Positions 51,873 through 64,000 of a stretch of 64,000 bases of DNA are shown one piece after another. Location: contig NC_133621.1 in the NCBI RefSeq assembly GCF_048593235.1, positions 254,841,238 through 254,905,237 of the forward strand. Reading direction: 5' to 3'. Made by a program: the position numbers and the translations under genes. The notes under the pieces were generated by a model. The model worked only from the letters and a program-made list of their open reading frames with translations. It had not been told where the DNA came from and made no database searches. Every line of letters begins with the position of its first letter. Position 1 is the stretch's first letter. Origin of the DNA: Sminthopsis crassicaudata (Eukaryota).

Positions 51873-53529
51873 ACAAGTAAGCAGTTGGATAGTGGTTACT
51901 AACATTGCAAGCTTAGTTGAGTGGTGAAAAAATTAGGAAAATGTTCTGGAACTTATAAGGAGGATGGTTAAGGCATCTTCAGATATGTTGGTCTTTTTAT
52001 GGCATTGCTAAAAAAAGATGTTGGACATAAAGTCAGAAGACCTAGTAGGTTTAATTCTCGGTTCTGTCATTGATACCAACATGTTAAAAAAAAATTAAAT
52101 TTTTATTTTCAAAAACAAAACAAAACAAATTTGGAATTGGAAGGGACACTTGAAGGTCATCCATCCAGTCCAACACTTTCATTTTACAGATAAAGAAATT
52201 GAGGCCCACTAGCTTGTCCAGGAATACACAGCTACTAAGCCTCTGCTCTGGGATTTAGACACAGGCAAATCCAGTATTCTGATCCACTAATCCATTCTTA
52301 ATCATGACCCAGAGTAAGTAATTATCCAAAGTCATAGGTATAATAAACAGCAGACAGGATTCATACATAAACTAACTACAAATTTAGCTTTTTCCTCTGT
52401 ACTATAATGCCTTCCATTCATGCTCATTAGCAATGACAAGAGGTGGGGGGTGGGGAATGGGGGGGGGGGGAAGAGAGCACAAGGATCATAAAATTAAGCA
52501 TTTCTTTTTTTATTTGGTGAAATGATTAGTGATCACTTTCACACAATTTCAGACCTGTGAAAGAAATGTTATTTCTCTCCCATATTAATAGCCAATTATT
52601 AAAACTGAGGAGACCTCAGCTTTTTTTCCCTCTATCCTATTTCCTTATCCACTCTCTCAAGGGCAGTGCTAGTGAAAAATAAGATTAACATTCTCCTCAT
52701 TATGAGTATTGCTACTCTATCTAACTGGGTTAAACTTGAATGGGGGATGTAGATTCTTTGTCTAGATTGTCCAAGGCTGGGAGTGGTTTAAGTATAGGGA
52801 CAGAGATAAGACTTCACTCTCAGTCCCTCATTGGAGTAAGCATTTCTCTTTGAAAAGCACTTCTCTCATCTCTCATTAACTGTTAAAAATCAAAGTTGAT
52901 TGCCACCCTTGGTAACACCCCCTCTTCCAAGGGCATATATGTCATAAATGGCATTCGAGAGTGCCACTGACCTCTTTTTATTAAAATCCTGGCATTATTA
53001 ATAAAATTACTACTTGCCCAGAAATTATGCCTCTTGAACTTTTTAAATATCACACTTGAAAAGAACTATTAATTATGCACCAAGAATAAGAATCACAAAG
53101 AAATATATCATTCTAATAGTCATCTTTCTAATCTGCTACATAATGATGTAATGAATTCCATGTTGCACATTTCTAACAGCTAAAAGTTTACAGAACACTT
53201 CCAACTCTATACTCTATGATAATATGACTTTTAATGTACCTCATTTTATTTTACTGACCTATGGCATTTTTGTTAAATCTATCAATTATTATTTCATATA
53301 AAGTTCATTTAAATGTCACAATATCAAAAATAAACACCTTTATTAAAATAAACCCAAAATGTGAAACTGATTTATTTAAATAAAATTAAAATAAGGTCTA
53401 TATAAAGAAGCTGATATCAAAATGGCAGATAGTAATTCATTAATACTAAAGAAATAAAGCCATTTTCAAATATACACTTAAGTTTAATTTAAATTATTCC
53501 CTTCATATGACACCTTTGATGTGCCTAAG

Positions 53530-54200
53530 TTGGAGAATGGCTGAATAAATTATGGTATATGAATGCTATGACACACATGTGCAAAAATGTTTGTGGCAGC
53601 CCTTTTCATAGTGGCTAGAAACTGGAAAATGAATGGATGTCCATCAATTGGAGAATGGTTGGGTAAATTATGGTATATGAATATTATGGAATATTATTGT
53701 TCTATAAGAAATGACCAGCAGGATGAATACAGAGAGGCTTGGATATACATGAACTGATGCTGAGTGAAATGAGCAGAACCAGATCATCATACACTTCAAC
53801 AACATGGCTCTCTTCAACAATGAGAGGATCCAAATCAGTTCCAACTGATCTGTAATGAACAGAACTAGCTACACCAAGAGAAAGAACAGTGGGAAATAAC
53901 AACATAACATTCCCAATGTTTCTGTTATTTTTTGCTTGCATTTTTTTTTCTTCTCAGGTTATTTTTACCTTCTTTCTAAATTCAGTCCTCTTTGTGCAAC
54001 AAGATAATTGTATAAATATGTATACATGTATTGTATTTAATATACTTAACATGTAGGGGACAACCTGAAATCTAGAGGAGGGGGTGGAGGGAAGAATGGG
54101 AAAAGTTGAAACAAAATTTTTGCAAGAGTCAATATTGAAAAATTACCATGTGTATGTTTTGTATATAAAAAACTATAATAAAATTTTTAAAAAAAGAAAT
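53530..54200 (+). mobile_element. 5'-truncated L1 (ORF2 end plus 3'UTR)
   Basis: tgtgcaaaaatgtttgtggcagccc...gtggctagaaactggaaa followed by the 3'UTR and an A-rich end. Confidence 0.85.
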
Positions 54201-57200
54201 AGAAAAAGCTTTATAAATAAACAAAATAATTAATCATTCATCATTTTCCCTGGTTTAAAAAAAAAAAGATCTAAGGCAAGATAGAGTCTTGACTCAGTGG
54301 CCAGAAAACAAATATTTAAGATTCCACTATATGTAAAATGGGGCCCATGAAGGGCTATTGAATTGGAGAAAATTAAACCTCTATCAAGATAACCTACTCT
54401 GGAAGTCAATCATTTGTAATATTAACAAGAAGAGACAAAATTACTCTTGTACCTGTACAGTAATTTGCTGAACTCTAAACATAAGATTTTTTTAAAAGTA
54501 ATAGCAAGATAGTGATTTGCCCCAGTATGAAATCAGCATGAAAAATGGGAATGTATATTACATAAATGTGAATATAAATAAACAATTATAGTAACCCATT
54601 CAAATTTTAAGACTGTTACTAGGTATCACCATATGGATTGATACTCATAACTTCCAAACTATAGAAAATGTAAAGATACCAAAATATTAAAATTAAATTC
54701 AAGGAAGAAATCATAATAATTAGGGAAGAAGATGAAGAATGATTTCTATTATTCAATTTGTTATTGCAGTTGTCATGACATACCTTTAGGAAGGCTACAA
54801 AAGATGAGCTAACAACCCAACACTTTTGGTAAATTACCAAAACAAAACAAAACCTGGTGAATTAAAAGAAAAGTAGGATACAAACTTTTCCTAGCACCAT
54901 TTCTACTTGAATTCCATCAAAAAGAAGATGACAATGAAAGCAATAACACATATTTATACAGCACTTTAGTACTTAATACAGATATTATTCCCATTTTAAA
55001 GATAAAGAAATTAAAGTTTAGAGGTGTGATTTACTCCTGATTACAAAACTAGGTGTGCAAAGATGGTTGAACTCATGTTTCTTGATACCAATTCTAGGAT
55101 GCTCAGCACTATACCAAGCAGGGCAGTGCCAATCCATAAAAATGATACCCTTCTGGATCAGGATTCCAGAGTGAATATCTACTATAACAGATAATGTATA
55201 AAGTACAATAAATAGTTTAAGATATGATATCTGGTCTTTAGGCTATTAAAAATCTTGTTGAGCAAAATTGTTCTTGTTTCTTAAGAATAAGATAGAGAAG
55301 TGGATACAACAGAAGACTTGGAGTAAGGAAGAAGTGAGATCAAACTCCTCAGATACTTCAGGTGTGTGACACTGAACAAGCCTACTCAAATTCTATATAC
55401 TGAGTTTCCTCCATAAAATCAGGGAACTGGAATCAATGACCTCTCAGATGCTTTACAGATATAAATCTAGATCTCATGCTGTTTTTACAAAAGAGGACCC
55501 AGTTATATCTGGAATACTATATGCAATCCCAGGTGGCAAACCACACTGAGAAGGAATCAGTTCAAAGAAATACAACCATTAAGTGAATAGAGAGGCTGCC
55601 ATGTGAGGACCCAGAATTTCCATTGGAAAATAAAGCCCAAAGGAGATGAGGGTGAAAGTATGAATAGTTTTTAAACCACTTTAAATATAAATGTGAAAAA
55701 TATATAACTTATTGACACGTTACTAGGAGAAACTAAAAATGTTGAGGGGAGGGGGATCTTTGATTAGTGAAGGATAAGAGCTAAAAAAAGATCGTTCAGT
55801 AGAAGGAAGGCTAGCTCTAGAATGTTCTGTGTGGCATTAAACTCTTCCCAACCAGACCTAACTTTCTATTCTTTTTACACCTGACTCCCTTGCACATGTT
55901 CTAGGCTCTAGTTCCACTGACTTACTTCCTGTTCTTCTCATAAGACCCTCTGTCCATCATCCATTTCTAATCCTCTATACCTATGCCTGAAGAATTATTC
56001 TTTTTTCACTTCTATCTTTTATTTTCCTGGGCTTCCTTCAAAACTCAACTCAAATCTCACCTTTCATGGGTTCTTTCTAATCTGTGTCCCTTTATGCCAT
56101 TCCCTCTGGGGTCACCTTCTATTTACTCTGTATATATTGTGTAGAAAGATTTTTAACATGTTATTTTCCATTGATGAGCTCCTCCAGGGCAGGAACAATG
56201 AGTTTGCCTTTCCCAGGAATTACCAGCATTTGGCACATAAAGAAATACTGAGTAAATGTTTACTGACTCATAGCAAAGATAAGAATCCAAGTCTCTTCAG
56301 TCCTAGAAGAAAGATCCTCCTACTATATGGAAGCATAACAGTCCAAAAGAGAAAGACTTAAATATGAAACTGGGACTTACAGCGGGACTTCAAGTCAAAA
56401 ATTTAAGTGAACCCCATTTTCCTACATTATTACATTAGTATTACATGAAAGAGTCAGTGAGAGGAGAAAATTATTTGTAAACCTAAAGTCCTATATAGAT
56501 AATGGGAACTTAGAATTCAGATCTCTTTTTATTTAACAGATAAGGGAAACTGAAGCCCCAAGACTTGAAGTAATTCACTAAGGATTCATGTCCAATAGCT
56601 GATAAAGTTCTTTCTACAACACCGAGCTGTCTCCCTTGAACACAATAATTCCAGCACTGTTTTTGATGTGAGAATTGACATCAAATGAAACAAACAACTT
56701 TTCAATGATTATCTACTTGGAATGAGCCATAACATAATACCATGTTGGATAGACAAACTCCAAGTAGAGATTAAGAACATTAATTTTCTTTCATCCTATT
56801 ATTTTCCTTACTTGAGCAAAAAGTCACACAATGTTTTTTGAAGAAGAAGAAGAAAGGAATACTACAAAACAAACTGTTAGAGAGAAAAAGAGAGAGGGGG
56901 GAAGTAAGGGGAGAGAAAGAGAGAGAGGGAGAGGGAGAAAGAAAGGGAATGCACTGCCATATTAATTAAACATATGCTTGCTTGATAAGACCAAGAAGCA
57001 ATGTAACTTCATATCAGAACGTCCATAAAACGTATCATCCTTTAGAGTTTTTACCACTAATTCAGAAATGAATAAGAAGGAATGGTTAGGAGAGACAGAA
57101 GTACAGCAATGTGAATACAATGAAATATTATTGTGCAATAAAAAAATGACAAGAGGCTATGGCATTAAGGACAGAATGTTGAAATTCTGAGTAAGAGAAA

Positions 57201-57607
57201 CTTGGGTTCAAATCCATCCTCTGAGCTGGTACACTAGGCAACACTGAAACTACTTTTGAGAAAGTAGTTGAGCTTTATTGGTACAAATGCTTTCTTCCTC
57301 AAAAGTAGCTGCCAACCAGAGTGAAATCACAGATGCCAACTTTCTATCTCTCTCTCCCACGATAAAATGAGGAAGCAAGATCAGAAGATTTATATGAACA
57401 AAGAAAGGCAGAGAGAAATAAGAACAAAAGTTTGGTCAATTACTCTAACAAATTAAATAAAAACAGTGAAATGAATTCCAACTTTCTAATCAGTATCCTA
57501 ATTTACAATGTTGACAAAGGAAAAAATGTATTTTTTTAAAATTAATAACAATTTAAGGAATCTAGGAAATAAACCCAAATTAGAGGTTTTTAAGATTTGT
57601 CAGCTTG

Positions 57608-59215
57608 AGTCACCAAAACCATTTGATATTGGCTAAGAAATAGATTAGTAGATCAGTGGAATAGGTTAGGTTTACAAGACAAAATACTCAACTATAGCAA
57701 TCTAGTGTTTGACAAACCCAAAGATCCCAACTTTTGGGATAAGAATTCATTATTTGACAAAAACTGTTGGGAAAACTGGATATTAGTATGGCAGAAATTA
57801 GGCCTGGACCCATACTTAACACCACATACCAAGATAAGATCAAAATGATTCCATGATTTAGGCATAAAGAACGAGATCATAAATAAATTAGAGGACATAG
57901 GATAGTTTATCTCTCAGACTTGTGGAGGAGGAAGGAATTTGTGACCAAAGAAGAACTAGAGATCATTATTGATCACAAAATAGAACATTTTGATTACATC
58001 AAATTAAAAAGCTTTTGTACAAACAAAACTAATGCAAACAAGATCAGAAGGGAAGTAATAAACTGGGAAAACATTCTTACAGTTAAAAGTTCTGATAAAG
58101 GCCTAATTTCCAAAATATATAGAGAATTGACTCTAATTTATATGAAATCAAGCCATCTCTAATTGATAAATGGTCAAAGGATATGAACAGACAATTCTCA
58201 GATGATGAAATTGAAACTAGTTCTACTCATATAAAAGAGTGTTCCAAATCACTATTGATCAGAGAAATGAAAATTAAGACAACTCTGAGATACCACTACA
58301 CACCTGTCAGATTGGCTAAGATGACAGGAAAAAATGATGAATGTTGGAGGGGATGTGGGAAAACTGGGACACTCATGCATTGTTGGTGGAGTTGTGAAAG
58401 AATCCAACCATTCTGGAGAGCAATCTGGAATTATGCCCATAAAGTTATCAAACTCTGCATACCCTTTGATCCAGCAGTGCTACTACTGGGCTTTTATCCC
58501 AAAGAAATACTAAAGAAGGGAAAGGGACCTGAATGTGCCAAAATGTTTGTGGCAGCCCTTTTGTAGTGGCTAGAAATTGGAAAATGAATGGATGCCCATC
58601 AATTGGAGAATGGTTGGGTAAATTATGGCATATGAATGTTATGTAATATTATTGTTCTGAAAGAAATGACCAGCAGGATGAATACGGAGGCTTGTAGAGA
58701 CTTACATGAACTAATGCTGAGTGAAATGAGCAGAACCAGGAGATCATTATACACTTCAACAACAATATTGTATGAGGATGTATTCTGATGGAAGTGGATA
58801 TCTTCGACAAAGCGAAGATCTAATTCAGTTCCAATTGCTCAATGATGGATAGAATCAGCTACACCCAGAGAAGGAACACTGGGAAATAAGTGTAAACTGT
58901 TTGCATTTTTGTATTTCTTCCCAGGTTATTTTTACCTTCTGAATCCAATTCTTCCTGTGCAATAAGAAATTCAGTTCTGCACACATATATTGTATCTAGG
59001 ATATACTATAACATATCTAACATGTATAAGATTGCCTGCCATCTATGGAAAGGGATGGAAGGAAGGAAGGGAAAAATTGGAACAGAAATGAGTGCAAGGG
59101 ATAGTGTTGTAAAAAACCACCCATGCATATGTACTGTCAAAAAAAAGTTATAATTAATTTTTTTTAATTTTAAAAAAGAAAAAAAAGAAAAGAAAAAGGT
59201 TTAATTAAAAAAAAA
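57608..59215 (+). mobile_element. 5'-truncated L1, about 1.6 kb; disrupted ORF2 C-terminal region, 3'UTR, complex A tail
   Basis: Peptide MNRQFSDDEI...CWRGCGKTGTLMHCWWSC... is the L1 ORF2 Cys-rich C-terminus, broken by stops and frameshifts. TSD TTGTCAGCTTG at 57597-57607 and 59216-59226. Confidence 0.93.
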
Positions 59216-59889
59216 TTGTCAGCTTGTGATGAGTTTTTTGGGGGAGAGATTCATCTTCTATACCACGCTAAATAAATTACTATGATCGATTCAATCATGT
59301 AGTAAAAAACTTAATTTTTCCATGTAAGATTATATAATAAATAAATCATCCGTTTACCATGAATTAAGTAAGGGTATAAATAAGTAAAGAAAATCTTACC
59401 CTTCTGGCCATTTGCAAATTTTAAAAGGTCATACAGATACTGGTTGTTGTTATTCCCACAAAGGAAGAAGCAAGATCTAGTATGATTACTTAATATTCAT
59501 TAATTTAGCTTATTTGGGTCAACAATTAGTAAATGCTGATAGTGAACAGAATTCTGATGGGTATTGTATCACAAAGTAAATTGAATCAGGAGTTTATTCA
59601 GTTGGATTTGTAAAATCTTTATAAGAATATTAGTATATACCTGTAGCCTCCAATTTATAAGTACCTGAGCCAACTACAAACTCAATATAAACATACTTAA
59701 CAACACAACAAACATGTTACCAAAGAGTCGGATTATAATCTCCTTGTAAAGAGTAACACTCTTTCCCAACTCAAAATACATTGCAAATACAGAAATACAG
59801 AGACATGATTTTTTTCCCCAATTAAAAGATTTCTTTTTAATGTTAAAAATTTTAGTCACTTTTCACCCTCCACTCCCATAATAGCAGAT

Positions 59890-60318
59890 TTTTTTCTTAA
59901 TTTTTAAAGCTTTTTATTTTCAAAACATGCATGAATAATTTTTCAACACTGACTCTTGCATAACCTTGTGTTTCAGATTTTCCTCTCCTTCCCCCCACCT
60001 CTTCCTTTAGATGGCAAGCAATTTAATATGTTATACATGTTTAAATATATGTTAAATCCAATATGTGTAAACATATTTATTTATACAATTCTCTTGCTGC
60101 ACAAGAAAAATCATAACAAAAAGGAAAGAAAATGAGTAAGAAAACAAAATGCAAGTGAACAACAAAAAGAGTGAAAATGTTATATTGTGATCCATACTCA
60201 GTTCCCACAGTCCTCTCTCTGGGTGTAGATGGCTCTCTTTATCACAAAATCATTGGAACTGGCATCAATCATCTCATTGTTGGAGTGAGTCACGTTCATT
60301 AGAATTGATCGTCCTATA
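59890..60318 (-). mobile_element. L1 3'UTR
   Basis: Poly-T-led antisense L1 3' end. Confidence 0.85.
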
Positions 60319-60846
60319 ATAGGCTATCAAACTGTACATACTCTTTGATCCAGCAGTGCCACTACTGGGTCCATATCCCAAAGAGATCATAAGAGGGAAA
60401 ATGACCCACATGTGCAAAAATATTTGTAGCAGCTCTTTGTGTAGTAACAAGAAACTGGAAATTGAGTGGACCTCCATCAGTTGCAGAATGGCTAGATAAG
60501 TTATGGTATATAAATGTAATGGGATATTGTAACTGGGAAATGATAAGCAGGCTGATTTCAGAAAAGTCTTTAAAGATTTGATAAACTGATGGAAGCAAGC
60601 AGAACCAAAAGAACATCGTAACAATAATGTTATGTATGATTAATTCTGTTAGACTTGGCTTTTCTCAATAATGCAGTGATTCAAGGCAATTCCAGTATTT
60701 AAGATGGAAAATGCCATCTACATACAGAGACAGAACTATGGAGACTGAATATGGGTTGAAGCATAATATTTTCACCTTTTTTTGGGGGGGGGGAGTTTTT
60801 TCTTCTTCATTTTTTGCTTTTAATCTGATTTTTCTTGCACAATGTG
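60319..60846 (+). mobile_element. L1 ORF2 end/3'UTR, head-to-head with the previous copy
   Basis: ctatcaaactgtacatactctttgatccagcagtgccactactggg... Confidence 0.8.
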
Positions 60847-61600
60847 ACAACATACATGCTACTTGTCTAATCTCTGCTTCAATACTTTTAGTAATGAGCA
60901 GCTTTCTTAGAAAGAACACACAGTCCAATTTAACTTCATACACCCTAGAATTTTCCTATCTACACAACATACATGCTACTTATCTAATCTTTGCTTCAAT
61001 ACTTTTAGTAGTGAGCAGCTTTCTTCTTTACAACGAGATCCCATTGCATTATGAAACAGCTATGTTAAGAAGCAATGCATTTATATCTTTTTTGACATAA
61101 ACTCTCTAACTTTGACTACTATCTTTAACTATGTTCACCAATTTACTATGATGCCAAAAAACCCCAAAAAACTAAGTTTTTTTTAAAATTTGCATTTCTT
61201 TTATCATTTGTGACTGGGTCAATTTTTTTTTTCATATGCTTATCAACAATTTGTAGTTCTTCTGAGAAATATTTCATCAATTATTGTTCTACTACTTAGC
61301 TATTGGGGAATAGATCTATCATGTTTTTGTTATTTGCTTTTATAACTTAGCTATCAAATATCTATTTAACATTTTTTTCCCAGTTGACTACTGCTATTCT
61401 TAGCCTACTTGCATTAATTTTGTTGTTGCAAAAACTTTTCAATCTCACATAATAGCCACAGTAAATTTCATTGTTAATTTTGGCCATCCTCTTGAGATTT
61501 TTTAAAATCTTGATTCTATTCTCAGAATATTAGCTATCATTCCTAAAGCTGTGTCATAGACAAGCTGATAAATACGCTTCTTATAATTCATCCAACTAGT

Positions 61601-61764
61601 TGTTTTTTTTTTTGTTTTTGTTTTTGTTTTTTGAGGCAATTGGAGTTAAGTGTCTTGCCCAGTGTCACATAGCTAGGAAGAATTAAGTATCTGAGGCTGA
61701 ATTTGAATTCAGGTCCTCCTGACTTCAGAGCCAGCACTCTATCCATTGGGCCAATAGCTGACCC
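61601..61764 (-). mobile_element. WSINE1
   Basis: T-rich tail followed by antisense SINE body ending ccaatagctgaccc. Confidence 0.85.
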
Positions 61765-62049
61765 TTAATAATTTTTTTTTAAACAACAAGTACAAAGTCC
61801 CAAGGCATGCCATAGATTCAGACAGTACAATGCTCAAAAGACAAAAGGAAATCAGAAATATTTTACTCTTGTTTTGCTTCTACGTTCTCTACACAAGAAA
61901 ATAAATTTCCCAACCAGAAAGAGTTAGGGAAAGTGGGTAAGGAGGGATAAAATGAAAAATTCATAAGAGAGGAAAAAAGAGATATCTAACCAGACTCATA
62001 ATTATACATTAATCAGCATTCTTTCTGTGCAAATAAGAATTTTAGCTAT

Positions 62050-62520
62050 CTACAAATCTCCTAACTTGACAATTTTGTGTGACTTTCTCCATCTTGATTA
62101 CAAGAGAATCATGAGAATATCTTTTTCCCCGAGTATAGTATTATAAAGAATCAAGAAACTCCAATTTCAAAGGCACTGTTATTTTTATCCTAGCATAAAT
62201 AGAAATGAGTAATTTTGGCATGGCAACTAACTATACCTAGACTGTCTCCTCTTACCAATTATTAAATAATGCATTTTAGAATTTTGCCAAAATCAACATC
62301 AAGCTTATATGTTTTAGTTTCCAGAAATCACCTTCCATTTATTTGCCCAACTCATTCTTCTGGCATGTCTCCAACTTAAGAATTACTAACAATGGTTTTA
62401 GTAATATCTCTGCAAAGCCCTTTTAGAACTCTAAGAATGAAATTCTTTTGGATCTGAAGACATGAAATCAAATAATAGCTGGCCTTTCTTTTGCCATATA
62501 TATTCACTCTTTATCATGTT
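62050..62520 (-). mobile_element. CR1/L3 remnant
   Basis: Antisense CR1 RT-like phrases (ttttagaattttgccaaaatcaacatcaagctt). Confidence 0.4.
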
Positions 62521-63119
62521 TGTGATAAACTCTTCAATTTGAAGATCCTTTTCCATAAAGGAAAGCAAAACAGTACACTTAATAAGAATTAGGCAACTGA
62601 GTTAAGGACTAGGTGGTGAGGAAATTCCATGTTTTTTAAGCACTTCAGAGAATTGCAAACTCTATGAGGATGCCAAAGGTGTAATATTATGCAGTGACTG
62701 GAATGCTGGACTAAGAAATATTAATATCTTGGCTCATATCCTACCCTCAAATATTAGCTGGATGACCCAAGCCCAGTCAATTAACTTCTTTGTATTTTCA
62801 CTTCCTCATAAAAAAAAAAAAGGGGGGGGGGGAGGAAGGGGAGATTAGACTTAATGACTTATAAGGTCCCCTCTGAGCTCAAAAGCAATGATCCTAATCT
62901 CCTATCAAATATCTACAATTTTTGCTGGCTGATAATGTGGGCATATCATCATCAGATCCAAACAACCAATTTACAACTTCTGAAAAAAACCATTTGTGTG
63001 GACTTTCTGTACATTTCAAATTATGGTCTAGAATATAATGCTGGAATGCATTTTATTTCTTTGCAATTTTTATGGTACCCAGCTGTTCTCAATATATGAG
63101 TCAATTTTAGCTCATGCCA

Positions 63120-63880
63120 ACAAATTCAATTAAGCAAATATAAAGCATCTGCTATGTATGAGACATTAGGGACACTAAGATGAATGTGACAAGTTCTACT
63201 TCTGCGGAATTTACAATCTAATTGGGGAGAGAGGAGGAAAAGTACACAAAAAAACTATGATACAACTCTTAAAGTCAAAGGAGGGATATCCCAGGGAAAT
63301 GCTATGCAAAATTTGAGAAGGAAGAAATTTCCCTCCTCCTCCTGTTTTTTTTTTTTTTTTTTTTTTTTTTTTGTGGGTGAAGGTTGCAGGGCCAGTGAAG
63401 TCAGCTTCTGAGTTGGGCTTTGACAAAATGGAGAAACTTCAATTAAAGATATTTACATTTAATTTGGGAAGTGGTGTATGAGCAAAGGCACTGAAATAGA
63501 GGAGGAGAAAATGAGAAAACCAACATAAACTCCTGAATGCCAGGGATTATTTTTTTCTTATTTATATTCCTAGCTCCTAGGCACCAAATACTTCAAGTGT
63601 GCTTGATGAATTGAACAAAATAGTCCAGTTTGGTTAGAACATATAATAGCTCCAGGAAAATGGTATGACACAAGACTGGACAAGTAAATCAAATCCAAGA
63701 TATAAAGCATTTTGAATGCCAGAAGATATATTATTAATAAGGAGCCATAAAACTCTAACGTACTGGAATAACAAGATCATAGAGATGTGTAGTGAAAAAG
63801 ATTATTTGGCCTACAGAATGATAAATTGATTTACCAGGGATAGGCTGAGGCAGGAAGATATAGAGCCTGAACTCTTCCAA
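63120..63880 (-). mobile_element. L2 fragments
   Basis: caattaagcaaatataaagcatctgctatgtatgagacattagggacac..., antisense L2 3' end and body. Confidence 0.5.
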
Positions 63881-64000
63881 AGATTCAGAAGAAACTAAGT
63901 ATAACTCTAATATTCTTCTTTGGGTAATGAAACATATGACATTTCATTTAATTTGCCAGGGTTATTTGGTTTAATAAAAAGCATAGTTTATTTCTTTAAA

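Larger units (their letters stand above)
14736..64000 (-). other. PAWR: PAWR intron 2 (partial; exon 2 and the CpG-island promoter expected beyond the right edge)
   Basis: No GC-rich exon 2 or CpG island seen in 49 kb. Human PAWR intron 2 is tens of kb (recalled). Confidence 0.75.

Noticed and set aside
57920-58566. L1 ORF2 peptides as functional CDS
   Set aside because: 5'-truncated, with frameshifts and stops; a dead L1 copy.
59890-60846. Head-to-head L1 pieces as one twin-primed inverted insertion
   Set aside because: The two pieces cover overlapping parts of the 3'UTR and are diverged from each other, so they look like independent copies; no convincing TSD spans both.
1-64000. CRISPR arrays, tRNA/rRNA genes, prokaryotic operons
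   Set aside because: Mammalian intronic DNA; tRNA-like sequence is confined to SINE heads and the PBS, and no regularly spaced repeat array exists.

Overview
AT-rich, CpG-poor, repeat-dense marsupial genomic DNA. WSINE1-type SINEs, MAR1 and the L1 3'UTR type suggest a dasyurid such as Sarcophilus, Sminthopsis or Antechinus (inference). The window appears to lie entirely within introns of PAWR (Par-4) on the minus strand. One coding exon is present: 14607-14735, 129 nt, phase 0/0, GLDEYEDDEEGQKERKREDAITQQNTKQNEAAASDPGGSSLLA, matching human PAWR exon 3 as I recall it. The rest is L1, L2, CR1/L3, MIR/MAR1, WSINE1, DNA-transposon MITEs and LTR elements, plus a 132-N gap. No ORF in the supplied track looks like a functional gene; a few are L1 ORF2 remnants. 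Most noteworthy: (1) a complete 1,032-bp miniature LTR element with a tRNA-Lys PBS, PPT and 6-bp TSD but no evident coding capacity; (2) an 857-bp GC-richer insert in an old L1 carrying a 3' splice site, a near-open frame and UTR-like sequence; (3) a second LTR in the PAWR sense orientation that abuts the gap; (4) a 79-bp fold-back mariner-type MITE; (5) a candidate 129-nt poison exon; (6) four short local duplications. Repeat family names come from recall, not database searches, and boundaries of old repeats are approximate.
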